A stretch of DNA of 64,000 nt, taken from assembly GCA_028826165.1 (NCBI GenBank), contig JAPDFW010000095.1, positions 186,001 to 250,000 of the forward strand, given 5' to 3'. Source of the DNA: Anaeramoeba ignava BMAN (lineage: Eukaryota > Protista > Anaeramoebae). Both the position numbers and the translations under genes were made by a program. The notes beneath the pieces are model-generated. The model worked only from the letters and a program-made list of their open reading frames with translations, had not been told where the DNA came from and did no database searches. Shown here piece by piece: positions 25,201 through 37,137 of this stretch (the first letter of the stretch is position 1; every line of letters starts with the position of its first letter).

Positions 25201-28200
25201 TTTATTCTTCGTGTATTTGGTTTTCTAAATATAAATTAAATATAAAATATAAATTAAATATTTTCTTTTTAATTTCAAAACAGTTGCTATTTGATCTTTG
25301 GTTACGTTCCGAATCTAAAAATATTGAAATGTGGGAAAGATTTAAAAAATTAGCCTCAAATTGGAAACACAGAAAAGAAACAATGCTTCAATGGTCATCT
25401 ACTATTTATGGATTAACAAATAGAGTTTTAAATATAATTTACGGACCTTCTGAAGGAGATCAAGTTGTTATGATTGTTTTGTAAGTGAATTTTTTTTTTT
25501 TTTTGACTCAAACATGAAAATATCAAATTACTAAAATAAATCTTTTTTTTTTTTCCTTCAATCTAAAGACCTCCTCCTCCAAATACCACCTTTCAACCAA
25601 TTACAATTAATTTAGATAATGAAAGAGTGATATTTTCTTGGATGAGAATTATTCGTAAACAACAAAAAATTATATTAAAATTTATAATTATATTAAAATT
25701 TAAAATTTAAAATGAAAAATTCTTTATAAATTTTTTTTTTTTAGATCTTCTTGGAAATCCAAATGGATGCACAAATCCTCAAATATTTCGGCAAGCAATG
25801 ACAGGAATTCGAGATTGTGTTGGTTTATTTCTCAAAGTAGGAGGATCACCAGAAAGATCACAAGAAACAAAAGTTTTAGTTGATCATCCAGACGGAAACT
25901 CCATTTTAAAGGTATTTGGCGAATGGTTATTTGAGGCAGTTAGTACCAACCATAATGGATTTGAAGAAGGAATTGCTATCGCTTATAGTACTTTGTGTGA
26001 TATTTTTTCTTCTTTCCAAAAAACTCCTTTTAAAGATTGCTATTTAAGTCGATTTTATCAATATGTGATCAATTCTTTGGATAATTTTTCGAATTCAGGT
26101 CGTTCTGTGTGCTCTATTTTCACTCATACTTCAACTATTTTTTCAACAAGATTATCGGGTGTTTATATGTTGATTCCAATTTACATTTCTGTGATGAAAC
26201 AGATTTTATCAGTTGTAAATACGATCTCTAAAACAAAACAAAACAAAACAAAACAAAACAAAACAAATATTTTTAAATAATTTTTATTTAAATTTTTTAT
26301 TTAAATTTTTTCCAAAAACATGAAATGTATTAAATTTTATTTAAATTTTTTCCGTTTATTAGAAAACACCAAAATTCCAAATTAGTGTGCCACTTGATTT
26401 ACTTCGAAAATCATGCATAACCATTTGCTCAAGTTTAATTTCAGTTCCCAATCAACTTTCTAATCTTGAACTAATTCATGTTCCAGCAAAAACAGACATC
26501 ATTCCTGCAAAAGATTTTCTTTCACTTAAGAAGGATTTAAATCGGTTAATTGTTGACGGCTTTTCATTTGAAGAAGATCCATTTAACGCACAATTACTAC
26601 TTTGGACGATGTCATCAATTCTTTATGAAAATGAAAATGAACTCCAAGATCTGCCTTCTTCCGTGATCTCTTCTATTCAGCAATTTATTTGCAATCCTTC
26701 TGATTATCAATGCAATTGGCCAATTTATGTTTTTGTTGTTGCTTTTGATGTTCTTCATTCACTTGTTCCTTTATCTGAAAAGATCCATAAGAGTTCAAAT
26801 GTTTGATATATTTTTTTATCATTTCAAAAAAAACAAAAACAAAAACAAATTTTTATTTCAAAAAAAAAAAAAACAAAAACAAAACAGCAAATTTTACCAG
26901 GAATGGTTTTCAGTTTTTCGAAGCATATTTGTCAACTTATCACAAATCCAACAAGATTAACTCAAGAAGAAACTGACACGAAAGTATGTGGATTGTTTGA
27001 AGTGATTGGTGATTTCTTAGTAAATTCACAATGGATTTACGAATATCCATCCATTATTAACGAAATATTCATCGCAATTGAAACATGCATTCAAGAGCCA
27101 TCAATTGATAAGAAGAAGAAAAAAACAATGCAATCTGAAGTGATTTCAGATAGTGCGTTTATGTTGTTTAATCATTTACTCCGAAGCGTTGGAAACTTTC
27201 CTTTGCCTATTGGTCCGACTCGATTATCCACTTTGGTTGATGAAACTCAAATCATTCAGAAATTCAATTTATCTCATGATGATCTAGTTCAAAAAACGAG
27301 ATATTTTGTTCATGATGATTCGAGAATTGTAGCATTATTTGAATGCCCACCTGAAACTGAAGACGAAGGTATTTTGAATATAAAATTCCTGAATCAAAAA
27401 ATTTTATATAATTAACAATTTAAATATTTAATTTCAAATAGAACCTTATACTATCATAATTATTCGTGATTTAACTGGAAGATATGCTTGGAAAGTGAGA
27501 TTTAGAATTCTTCCAATTAATTTCCAAAGACCTAGTAATTTTAATTTTAATTTTAATTTTAATTTAAATTTAAAAAAAAAATCCAAAAACATGAAAATTA
27601 ATTTAATATTTTCAATAAAAATAAAAATAAAAATAGATCCAAACACTATTGAAAGACATTCTTGGGAAGGAGATCCAAGATCACCTAGTTATATCCAAGC
27701 AAAGAAATATTCTACATATGCGAAAACAGAAAATTCAATTGCATTTCAAACACTTCCACTTGATGATTTCTTGGCATCAGATAATCAAGTCCAACTTGAT
27801 TTAGTTTCAATTATTATGGTTAATCAAGATGAAATTGAAGAAGTTTATATTTCATCTGAAGAAGAAATTTCAAAGAAACTTTCTTTAATTAGAACTGAAA
27901 GACCATCACATCGCAAAAATGAATATCAGTTTAATTTATCAAGACTTTTCTTTTCAACTGTAGGATTTTTACAAGCTGAACATGTTCTTTCTGTTAATGC
28001 TTTAGAATCAAGTGAAAGATGTTGGAAAGATATTTCTAATTTTGACAATATGCCAGAGTAAATTATAAAAATATATAAAAATTTATAAAAATTTATAAAA
28101 TTTATTTATAAAAATATATAAAAATTTATTTATAAAAATATATAAAAATTTATTTATAAAAATATTCAAAAACATGAAATTTATAAAAATATATAAAAAT

Positions 28201-29287
28201 TTATAAAAATATTCAAAAACATGAAATTTATAAAAATATAAAAATTTATTTATAAAAATTTATTTATAAAAAATATAAAATTTATAAAAATATAAAATTT
28301 ATTTATAAATATTTAAAAATTTATTTATAAAAATATAAAATTTATATAAAAATTTATTTATAAAAATATTTAAAAATTTATTTATAAAAATATAAAATAT
28401 ATAAAAATTTATTATAAAAATTTATAAAAATTTATAAAAATATTCAAAAACATGAAATTTATAAAAATTTATAAAAATTTATAAAAATATTCAAAAACAT
28501 GAAATTTATAAAAATATATAAATTTATTTATAAAAATATTCAAAAACATGAAATTTATAAAAATATTCAAAAACATGAAATTTATAAAAATATATAAAAA
28601 TATTTTTTTTCTAGACGATATCAATTTACATCAGGAATAGTCTATCTTCATCCTGGACAAAACAGAATCAACGACAAAAAAGAAATTTACAACAACACAC
28701 ATGGAAGTCAAGATTACGAGAATTTCATTGAAGAAATTGGATGGAAAATCAATTTGGAAAAACACAAAGGATACAAAGGAGAATTAAGCAAAGAAATAGT
28801 GAAAGAAGCGCCATATTACGCAACATTCCAATCAGAAATAGTATTCCACATAGCAACCGAAATTCAGGACATTAATAACAAGATGGAACTTTTTGAAAAA
28901 GATAGTGTTGTTATTGTTTGGTGTGATGATCCACGACCTTTTAATCCTCAAATTATTCGTTTAAAAGGAAACGTTGTTTTTTTCGTTCTTATTCCTCTTC
29001 ACTCTTCTTTTGTTCTTGTTAGAGTTTTCAACTTCAGTGGAAGAAATATTCTTCATGGTCCTTTATGTGATGGAATTATTGTTAGAAGACCCATTTTGGC
29101 TCCTTTGGTTCGTTTATCCGCTTTGAATGCTGCTAAAGAACTTGCTAATGGAAAAGGTCTTTTAATAAATCCTTATTTAAAACGTAAAGAAAAACTTCAT
29201 GAAATTATTCAACAATTCAAACTTCGTCAATCAGTTGATAATCTCTATACTTCTATTTTTTTACCAGTTCAATTCAAAAAAGATTAA
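22275..29287 (+). CDS. RALGAPB: Ral GTPase-activating protein beta-subunit-like protein (C-terminal RapGAP-fold domain); multi-exon
   Basis: N-terminal IKWAMEVVGHSFSLP...IYERWL, ETWEYLLNVLLGITDSIL, HPDGNSILKVFGEWLFEA, IIIRDLTGRYAW, and C-terminal YYATFQSEIVFHIAT...VVIVW...GPLCDGIIV. All are characteristic of RalGAP-beta/TSC2-related proteins. Confidence 0.8.
22345..24615. repeat. 12-bp satellite (AATAAAATTAAT)n forming a ~2.3 kb first intron (22327-24628)
   Basis: Almost pure A/T tandem array between the GT donor and the AG acceptor. Confidence 0.95.
28062..28605. repeat. Degenerate (AAAATTTATA)n / AAAATATTCAAAAACATGAAATTTAT repeats in a RalGAPB intron
   Basis: Tandem degenerate units. Confidence 0.8.
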
Positions 29288-29487
29288 ATAATTGATTTCT
29301 TTTTTTTTCTTCTTTCAATTCCTTTTTTTTTTTTTTTCTTTTTCTTAACAAGTTACAAGAATTTCTTTATTCTTGCTTGTCTTTCTTTCTTCTTTTTTTC
29401 TTCTTTTTCTTTTTCTTTTTCTTTTTCTTGTTTATTTTAATGGAAGGAATTTAACAAAATCAATAAACAAGATTAAAAACAAAAAAG

Positions 29488-30130
29488 TAATTTCAATTTT
29501 AATTTCAATTTTAATTTGAATTTAATTTTGATTTTAATTTTAATTTGAATTTTAATTTTAAATTTAATTTTAATTTTGATTTTGATTTTAATTTTAATTT
29601 TAATTTTAATTTTAATTTTAATTTTAATTTTAATTTTAATTTTAATTTTAATTTTAATTTTAACTTTAATTTCAATTTAATTTTAATTTTAATTTTAATT
29701 TTAATTTTAATTTTAATTTTAATTTTGATTTAAATTTTAATTTTAATTTTAATTTTAAATTTGAATTTCAAAATGAATTTTAATTTAAATTTTAATTTCA
29801 AAATGAATTTTAATTTTAATTTTAATTTTAAATTTAATTTTAATTTTAATTTTGATTTTAATTTTAATTTCAATTTTAATTTTGATTTCAATTTTAATTT
29901 TAATTTTAATTTTAATTTTAATTTTAATTTTAATTTTAATTTTAATTTTAATTTTAATTTTAATTTTAATTTTAACTTTAATTTAAATTTTAATTTTAAT
30001 TTTAATTTTAACTTTAATTTAAATTTTAATTTTAATTTTAATTTTGATTTTAACTTTAATTTCAATTCAATTTTAACTTTAATTTTAATTTTTAATTTCA
30101 AAATGAATTGATATAAATGAATTTTAATTT
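29488..30130. repeat. (TTTTAA)n satellite
   Basis: Tandem hexamer that produces spurious NF/LK/IL ORFs. Confidence 0.9.
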
Positions 30131-30133
30131 GAA

Positions 30134-31591
30134 TTAGAAATATGCTTCTAAATCTTCAATTTTCCATCCAACATATTCTCCTGCTAAAAATGTTCTTGTC
30201 TCATCTGTTTTATAAGTATAACCATTAGGAAGTTGATAAACTCTTCCTAAATTAGATCTTCCATTATCTAAAGTTGAATAAACACAAAGATCTCCATAAT
30301 ATCCAAAATCTCCAAAATATGGACCATAATCATTATTAGAATAAATAGCTTTCTCAATTCTTTCTTCAATAATTGGGAATTTTTGAGGAGGTGAATTTTT
30401 TGGATTTTTAATTGTGAAAATAAATGAAGAATCATCTTTAACATGTCCTGGATTTTGTGATTTAAATCCTACTTTTGTAAATCCTCCCATTATATATCCT
30501 TTGGCTGATTTAACTATTATAAGTGTTGGTCCTTTATCATCACAAACTTTATGAAATTCTTTACTTGAAAATCCATCTTTTTTTGCTGAAAATCTAAGTT
30601 TCATTTTTGTGAAAAATTGATTATCTTGAATCCAACTTCTTATTAATCGAAAAATGCTTGTATCTTTAATTATGTTTGAAATTAAATGAAATCGTAAATT
30701 GAAAAATAATAAATTGTTTTTTTTGTATTCTTCTTGATATTCCAAAAGTAATTTATCAAATTCTTCAAAATTTGAATTTTGAATTTTCTTCAATTTGAAA
30801 ACTTTCTTTAAAACTTCATCTTCAATTATATTCATTTTTGAAACTTGTTTTATTTCTTTTTTAGAAAATTCAATAAATCTGATTTTATTGATTAATTTGG
30901 AAATTTTGGATTTTAATTCTTCTCTTTCAATATTGTTTAGTTTTTCCTTTTGGATATGAAGTTTGCTTTTTCCCCATTTAATTATTGTTTGGAAAATATC
31001 AAATTCTTTAGCAATAACATCATCACTTGATAATATTCTCTCTAAATGATATTCTTCAAGTTCTTCAAAAAATTTAATTTTTAATAAAGAATTAAAATGT
31101 TCAGAAATAAATTGATAGCAAAAATAATTTAAATCTTTAATATTCATTGTTTCTGAAATTTTAAGAATATCTGATAAAATTTCAATTTGGAAATTTTCTT
31201 TAATAAAATCTGAAGCAAAACTTGTTAATTCTTCAATTAAATATTTTGAAGAAAAAATTAAAATTTCAACTGCATTTTCTAAATTTAAATTGCATTTTCC
31301 AGTATAAAGATATTGTAAAACGATTGAAAAGGCTTCTTTTGAAACATCTTGAAAAATAATTTTATTTTCTTGATATTCTTTCATTTTTGAATGAAACATT
31401 GATTTAAAATATTGACTTCTTGAAGAAAGAATTGATTTATGGCAATTAAAAGAAAATTGATTTTGATTTGATGAATAACAAATAATTTCAAAATCGCTAT
31501 AATTATCTTCATTATTGTTTTGGGTTATTAAGTTTTCTAAATCTTGTGATAATTTTTCTGTGTTTGAAAATGTTTTATTTATTGTTTCCAT
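30134..31591 (-). CDS. BTB-BACK-TLDc domain protein (copy 1 of a near-identical pair)
   Basis: YSDFEI...CHKSILSSRSQYFKSMF...YLYTG; FSAKKDGFSSKEFHKVCDDKGPTL; YGPYFG; EDLEAYF. Confidence 0.92.
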   Translation of the reverse strand: METINKTFSNTEKLSQDLENLITQNNNEDNYSDFEIICYSSNQNQFSFNCHKSILSSRSQYFKSMFHSKMKEYQENKIIFQDVSKEAFSIVLQYLYTGKCNLNLENAVEILIFSSKYLIEELTSFASDFIKENFQIEILSDILKISETMNIKDLNYFCYQFISEHFNSLLKIKFFEELEEYHLERILSSDDVIAKEFDIFQTIIKWGKSKLHIQKEKLNNIEREELKSKISKLINKIRFIEFSKKEIKQVSKMNIIEDEVLKKVFKLKKIQNSNFEEFDKLLLEYQEEYKKNNLLFFNLRFHLISNIIKDTSIFRLIRSWIQDNQFFTKMKLRFSAKKDGFSSKEFHKVCDDKGPTLIIVKSAKGYIMGGFTKVGFKSQNPGHVKDDSSFIFTIKNPKNSPPQKFPIIEERIEKAIYSNNDYGPYFGDFGYYGDLCVYSTLDNGRSNLGRVYQLPNGYTYKTDETRTFLAGEYVGWKIEDLEAYF

Positions 31592-31655
31592 TTTTAAAAA
31601 AAATGAATTTAAAAAAATGAATTTTAAAAAAATTTATTTAAAAATAAAATTTTTT

Positions 31656-33008
31656 TCATTTTTCTTGATTATCTTTTTCAGGTTTGAATAATTTTTGTAA
31701 AGGTTTAATAAAATGAAGAAAAAGAGTACTTTCAATTTCCATATAACCTTCAACATAAAAAGATTGTTCAAAAACACCATTATATAATTCTAAAAATAAA
31801 GATTTTATTCTTGAATCTTTTTCTTCAATCATTTTTTGAATAGAATTAAATTCTTTTTCTTCAAAAAATAAATATTCAGGATTTAAAATGGAAATTAATT
31901 GAGAAATTGAATCCCAAATTTGATTTTCAGTTATTGTGTTTTTTTTAACTTCATTCCAAAAAGCTGCTTTTGTATTAATAAATTCATTTGCTAAATTAAT
32001 TGATTTCATTTTTTTATAAATTTTATGACTTTCACTTTTTCCTTCAAGTTGATAATCTAATTTTTTCCATAATTGTAATTGATATTGAAATCCTTCATTT
32101 GGTGATATTCTTCTTCTTTCATTAACAAAATCATGAGCTTCTTGATAATCCCAATTGTTTTTTTTCATAAAATATGCAATTACAATTGTTGGTGATCTTT
32201 TTAATATTAATTTTAATTTTAATTTTATAAATGAATTTTAATTTTAATTTTAATTTTAATTTTAATATTAATTTTGATTTTAATTTTAATTTTGATTTTA
32301 ATTTTAATTTTAATTTTAATTTTAATTTTAATTTTAATTTTAATTTTAATTTTAATTTTAATTTTATAAATTGATTTTAATTTTGATTTCAATTTTAATT
32401 TTAATTTTAATTTTAATTTTAATTTTAATTTTAATTTTAATTTTAAATTTAATTTTAATTTTAATTTTAATTTTAATTTTAATTTTGATTTTAATTTTGA
32501 TTTTAATTTTGATTTGAATTTTGATTTTGATTTTGATTTTTAATTTTAATTTTAATTGGAAAAATACCTGGAAACCCCTGCTGCACTATTAATTTAGAAA
32601 ATAAAAATAAATTGGAATTACTATTTAATTGTTTTTCAATTTAATTAAATTTTAATTTTTTAATTACCAATGAATAAAAACTTTTCCATTTGATTTAATT
32701 GCATTTTCAATAAAATCATAAGTTTTTTCAAAATGATCTAAAAGTAAAAAATCAGGAATATCAAATGCAAAAATTTCTAAATATTGAAACTTATCAGGAA
32801 AAAAAGGAGAATCATGTAAACAAATGATGTGTGTAATCTAAAAATTAAATTAAAATCAAAATCAAAAATTAAAATTAAAATTATAATTATAATTTGGAAA
32901 TTTTTTTTTAAATTTTACATTATATTCTTGAAGAGTTTCTAATGTTTGAGCACCAGTTAAATTTCCTAAATAAACATCATCAGTTATTTTTGAAATTGAA
33001 GCTCCCAT
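31656..33008 (-). CDS. Dual-specificity protein phosphatase; multi-exon
   Basis: MGASISKITDDVYLGN...ITHII...[34 protein letters not shown]...ISPNEGFQYQL. The HCxxGxxRS motif is assembled via the 18-nt exon 32568-32585. Confidence 0.88.
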
Positions 33009-33125
33009 TTCTAAAAAAAAAATGAAAAATGAAAAAATGAAAAAATGAAAAAATAATTTTTTCTTTTTCTTTTTCTTTTTGTTTTTGATTTGATTTAATA
33101 AATAATACTTACTTTGTTTCCATTT

Positions 33126-34580
33126 TTAATTATTAAGCATTTTCATTAAAAATTTTGAAATATTTTTTAACTCTTGTTGGAAATTAAGTAAATCTCGATC
33201 TTTTGATTCAATAATTGAAAGATATTTTTCTTTTTCGTTCTCCATTTTTTGATTTAATTGAAAAGATAATCTTTTTATAATTTGATTAGAATTTTTTTCT
33301 TTCTCTTGAAATTTATTTTCTAAATTTATCAAATTTTCTTGAAGTTTTAATAATTGTTCTTCTTTTTTAAAAGGAATTGAATTTTGTAATTCAATTATTT
33401 TGATTTGAATTGATGATTTTTCATTTTTTAATTTGATAATTTCTTTTGATTGTTCCACAATTTTAGAAGAATGTTCTTGGATTTCTTTTTTATGATGATT
33501 TAAAAGAGATTCAATTTCTCTTTCAAAATGTTTTATAATTTTTAATATTTTTGAAATTATTTTCTCTTTCTTGAAAAATTATTTGTGGAATTTGTTGATT
33601 ATTTTCTTTTATTTGGTTTGAATTTGGAATGAAATAATTTTGGAATTGATTTTGTTGTGTTTGTTTCAATTTTTCTTTTAAGGAATTGATTTTTTGATTT
33701 TTTTGAATTAATTCTTGTTTTAAATCAAATTTTCATTTTCCAATTTTTTAATTTGATTTTGATTTTGATTTTGATTTTTAATTTGATTTTGATTTTGATT
33801 TTGATTTTGATTTTCAAGAATTTGAATTTGAGATTTTAAATCAAAATTTTCATTTTCTTTTTGTTTGAATTTTTGTTGAAATTCAATTAATTTTTTGTTT
33901 TGATTTGATAATTTAATTTGATTTTCTTTTTGGATTGAATTAATTTTTTGAGTAAATAAAATTTTCATTTGATTAAATTCATTTAATAATTGAGATAAAT
34001 TATTGTCTGCTTCATTAATTTTAGATTTATAAAAAAGATTTAAATCATTAACAAATTTATTTAAATCAAAAGTATTTTGAATTTGATTATTTTGTTTGAA
34101 TTTATTATTTTGTTGAATTTGATTATTTTCTTTAAATTGATTATTTTCTTTAAATTGATTATTTTCTTCAAATTGATTATTTTGTTTAAATTGATTATTT
34201 TGTTTAAATTGATTATTTTCTTTAAATTGATTATTTTGTTCAAATTGATTATTTTCTTTAATTTGATTATTTTCTTCAATTTGATTATTTTCTTGAATTT
34301 GATTATTTTGTTCAAATTGATTATTTTCTTTAAATTGATTATTTTGTTTAAATTGATTATTTTGTTTAAATTGATTATTTTCTTTAAATTGATTATTTTG
34401 TTTAAATTGATTATTTTCTTGAATTTGATTATTTTCTTGAATTCTTTCCATTTTTTGTTTGATTTTGTTTAAATTTTTATTGAAAATTTCATTTTCTTCT
34501 TTCCATTTTTTTTGAATTTCACTTGAAAATTCTTTTGCAGTTTTTAGATTTAAATTTTCTTTTTGATTAAAAAACATTAT
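33126..34580 (-). CDS. Coiled-coil, N/Q-rich protein with (E/Q)NNQ(F/I)(K/E/Q) hexapeptide repeats; two apparent frameshifts (~33730, ~33570)
   Basis: The ORFs 33720-34670 and 33126-33458 are linked by coding-like sequence in shifted frames. An 18-bp tandem repeat lies at ~34080-34445. Confidence 0.55.
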
Positions 34581-34768
34581 TTTTGAATTAAATTCGTTTT
34601 TTTTTTGGAATTTTGAAAAATAAAAAAAATTTTTTTTGAGAATGAAAAAAAGGAAAAAAATTTTTTTCAATCAATTTTATTTCAAAGTCAATTTATCAAA
34701 AAAGAAAGAAAGAAAGAAAGAAAGAGTTTTTTTTTTAAAATGTCAAAGTCTAATTTAGAATTTTTGAT

Positions 34769-36595
34769 TTAAAAAGAAATATTTCTTTTACTTTTTGTTT
34801 GTTGAAATTTTTTTTTTGAATTAATAGAAATACTTTGTTCAATTTTAATCAAATTAGGGAAGTATTTTTTCTCATTTACTTTTTTAAATTGATTTGAATA
34901 AATTTCTTTTTTCTCATTTGCTTTTTTAAATTGATTTGAATAAAAATCTTTTTTCTCATTTGCTTTTTTAAATTGATTTGAATAAGAAATAATGTTCCAA
35001 ATTCTTTTTCTTTCTAAATCTTTTTTTTGAACTTTTTGAATTTTAAATTTTTCCAAAACCATAACTTTTCTGAAAAAATTAGAATCAATTTCAATTAATT
35101 TCATTAAAAACAAACTAAAACCATCTTTAATTGCTTGATTCCAATTCTTTTTAGAACAATCAATTAAACAAGAATAAATTATTGGAAGAATAATATTAAA
35201 ATTTTTGGAAATGAACTTGAAAACTCTTTGATTTTGAAAAAAAAGAAGAACTTCTTCACAAACTGAATAATTTTCAGTTTTCAATAAATTGGAAAGCACT
35301 TTGAATAATGAAGATTGAATAATTTCAAATCCAGAAGAAGAAATTGATTCAATCAAATTGTTCAATTGTTTTAAAAATAAGATCATTTTTTTGGAATTGG
35401 TTTTAGGGAAAAAAAAAAGTAATTTTTCAATCATTTTGGGAATTAAATCTTGTTGTTTTTGTGAATAAATTTGGATACAATCAGAAAGTGGATCAAAAAA
35501 TTCTTCAAGTTTTTCTGATTTGAATAAAGGAATTAAAACTTGGAAAAGAAAATTCAAATGGACTTGTTTTATCGGTTGATTAAATCCTTTAATAATTGAA
35601 CTTAGAAATTCTAAAAGAGAATAAATTCCTGGATGATTTTGATAATTGTAATGTTCTTTATCATATAAAAATGTTAATAAAATATCTTTTATTTTATTTC
35701 TAATAAAAGATCTAATCTCAAGATTCATTCCATAAATTCGATGAAGAACAATTTTTAAATATTCTTTTTCTTTCCAATCTTCATTTTCAAATAATTTCAA
35801 AATCTATTTTTTCATAATCAATTAAGATTTAATTTTGTTTTTTTGTTTTTGAAAATTTTGAGAAAAAAAAATTAAGAACTTTTCCTTTTTGCTTTTTTTT
35901 TTGTTTACATTTAAAATAAATTGTTTAGAAATAATTTTTGATAATAATTGAGGTGTATTAATTGCTTCAATAAGAGAAATTAAAAAAAGATAATTTGATT
36001 CTAAAAATTCCCAATTAAGATCAAGTTGATTTGGAAATTGAGGAGATTCATCAAGAGAATTAGAATTAGAATTATTTTGATTCAAAATTGAATGAAAGTT
36101 GAATAAATTTGATTCAATCTAAAAAAAAATTGAAAAAGAAAAAGAAGAATAAATTTTTCTTCCTTTTTTTCTTCTTTTTTTTATTTACAATTTTAATTGC
36201 TTTTTTGTAATCTTTTTCTCTTAATATTTTAGATCCTTCTTCTTCAATAAAATCAATTAATTTTGAAAGAATTTTGATCATCTCAATTTTTTTTAAATCA
36301 TTTAAAGAAAAAAATTCATAATTCAAAATACATTTTAAAATTTTTTGATTAAATAATTGAACTAAATCTTCTTTTTCTATTTTGTTTTTGAAAATAATAA
36401 TTAGAAAAAAAAAAAAGAAAATAAATAAAATAAAAAACCTTTTAATTTTTCTGTTTCAAATTTTGATGAATTGAAAAAATTTTTTGTTGATTTAAAATTT
36501 TGATCAAAATTTGTAAAAGTTGTTTCATTTTCATTTTCATTTTCATTTTCATTTTCATTATTAATAATTATTTTTGAAAAATAATTAATTTCCAT
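34769..36595 (-). CDS. Divergent PP2A regulatory subunit B' (B56 family); multi-exon
   Basis: LFENEDWKEKEYLKIVLHRIYG, GIYSLLEFLSSIIKGF, FLFQVLIPL, FFPKTNSKKMILFL and NWNQAI are degenerate B56 signatures. Upstream exons include LNWEFLESNYLFL. Confidence 0.8.
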
Positions 36596-36779
36596 TTTTA
36601 AAAAAAAGAATTCAAAAAAAAAAATGTTTTTTTTTCTTTCTGAATTTAATCTTTTTTTTTTTTTTTTGAGAATGAAAAAAAAATTTTTTTTTTTGACTTT
36701 GATTTTGATCTTAAAAAAAAAAAAGAAAAAGAAGAAAAGAAATTTTGAATTTGATCTTAAAAAAAAAAAAAGAAAAAGA

Positions 36780-37135
36780 ATTTTGATTTTGATCTTGATT
36801 TTGAATTTGATTTTAAATTTAATTTTAATTTTGATTTTTGATTTTGATTTTAATTTTAATTTTAATTTTGATTTTAATTTTAATTTTAATTTTAATTTTA
36901 ATTTTAATTTTAATTTTAATTTTAGATTTTAATTTTAATTTTAATTTTAATTTTGATTTTAATTTTAATTTTAATTTTAATTTTTAATTTTAATTTTAAT
37001 TTTAATTTTAATTTTAATTTTAATTTTAATTTTAATTTTAATTTTAATTTTAATTTTAATTTTAATTTTAATTTTAATTTTAATTTTAATTTTGATTTTA
37101 ATTTCAAAATGAATTTCAAAATGAATTTTAATTTG
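36780..37135. repeat. (TTTTAA)n satellite
   Basis: Tandem hexamer. Confidence 0.9.
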
Positions 37136-37137
37136 AA

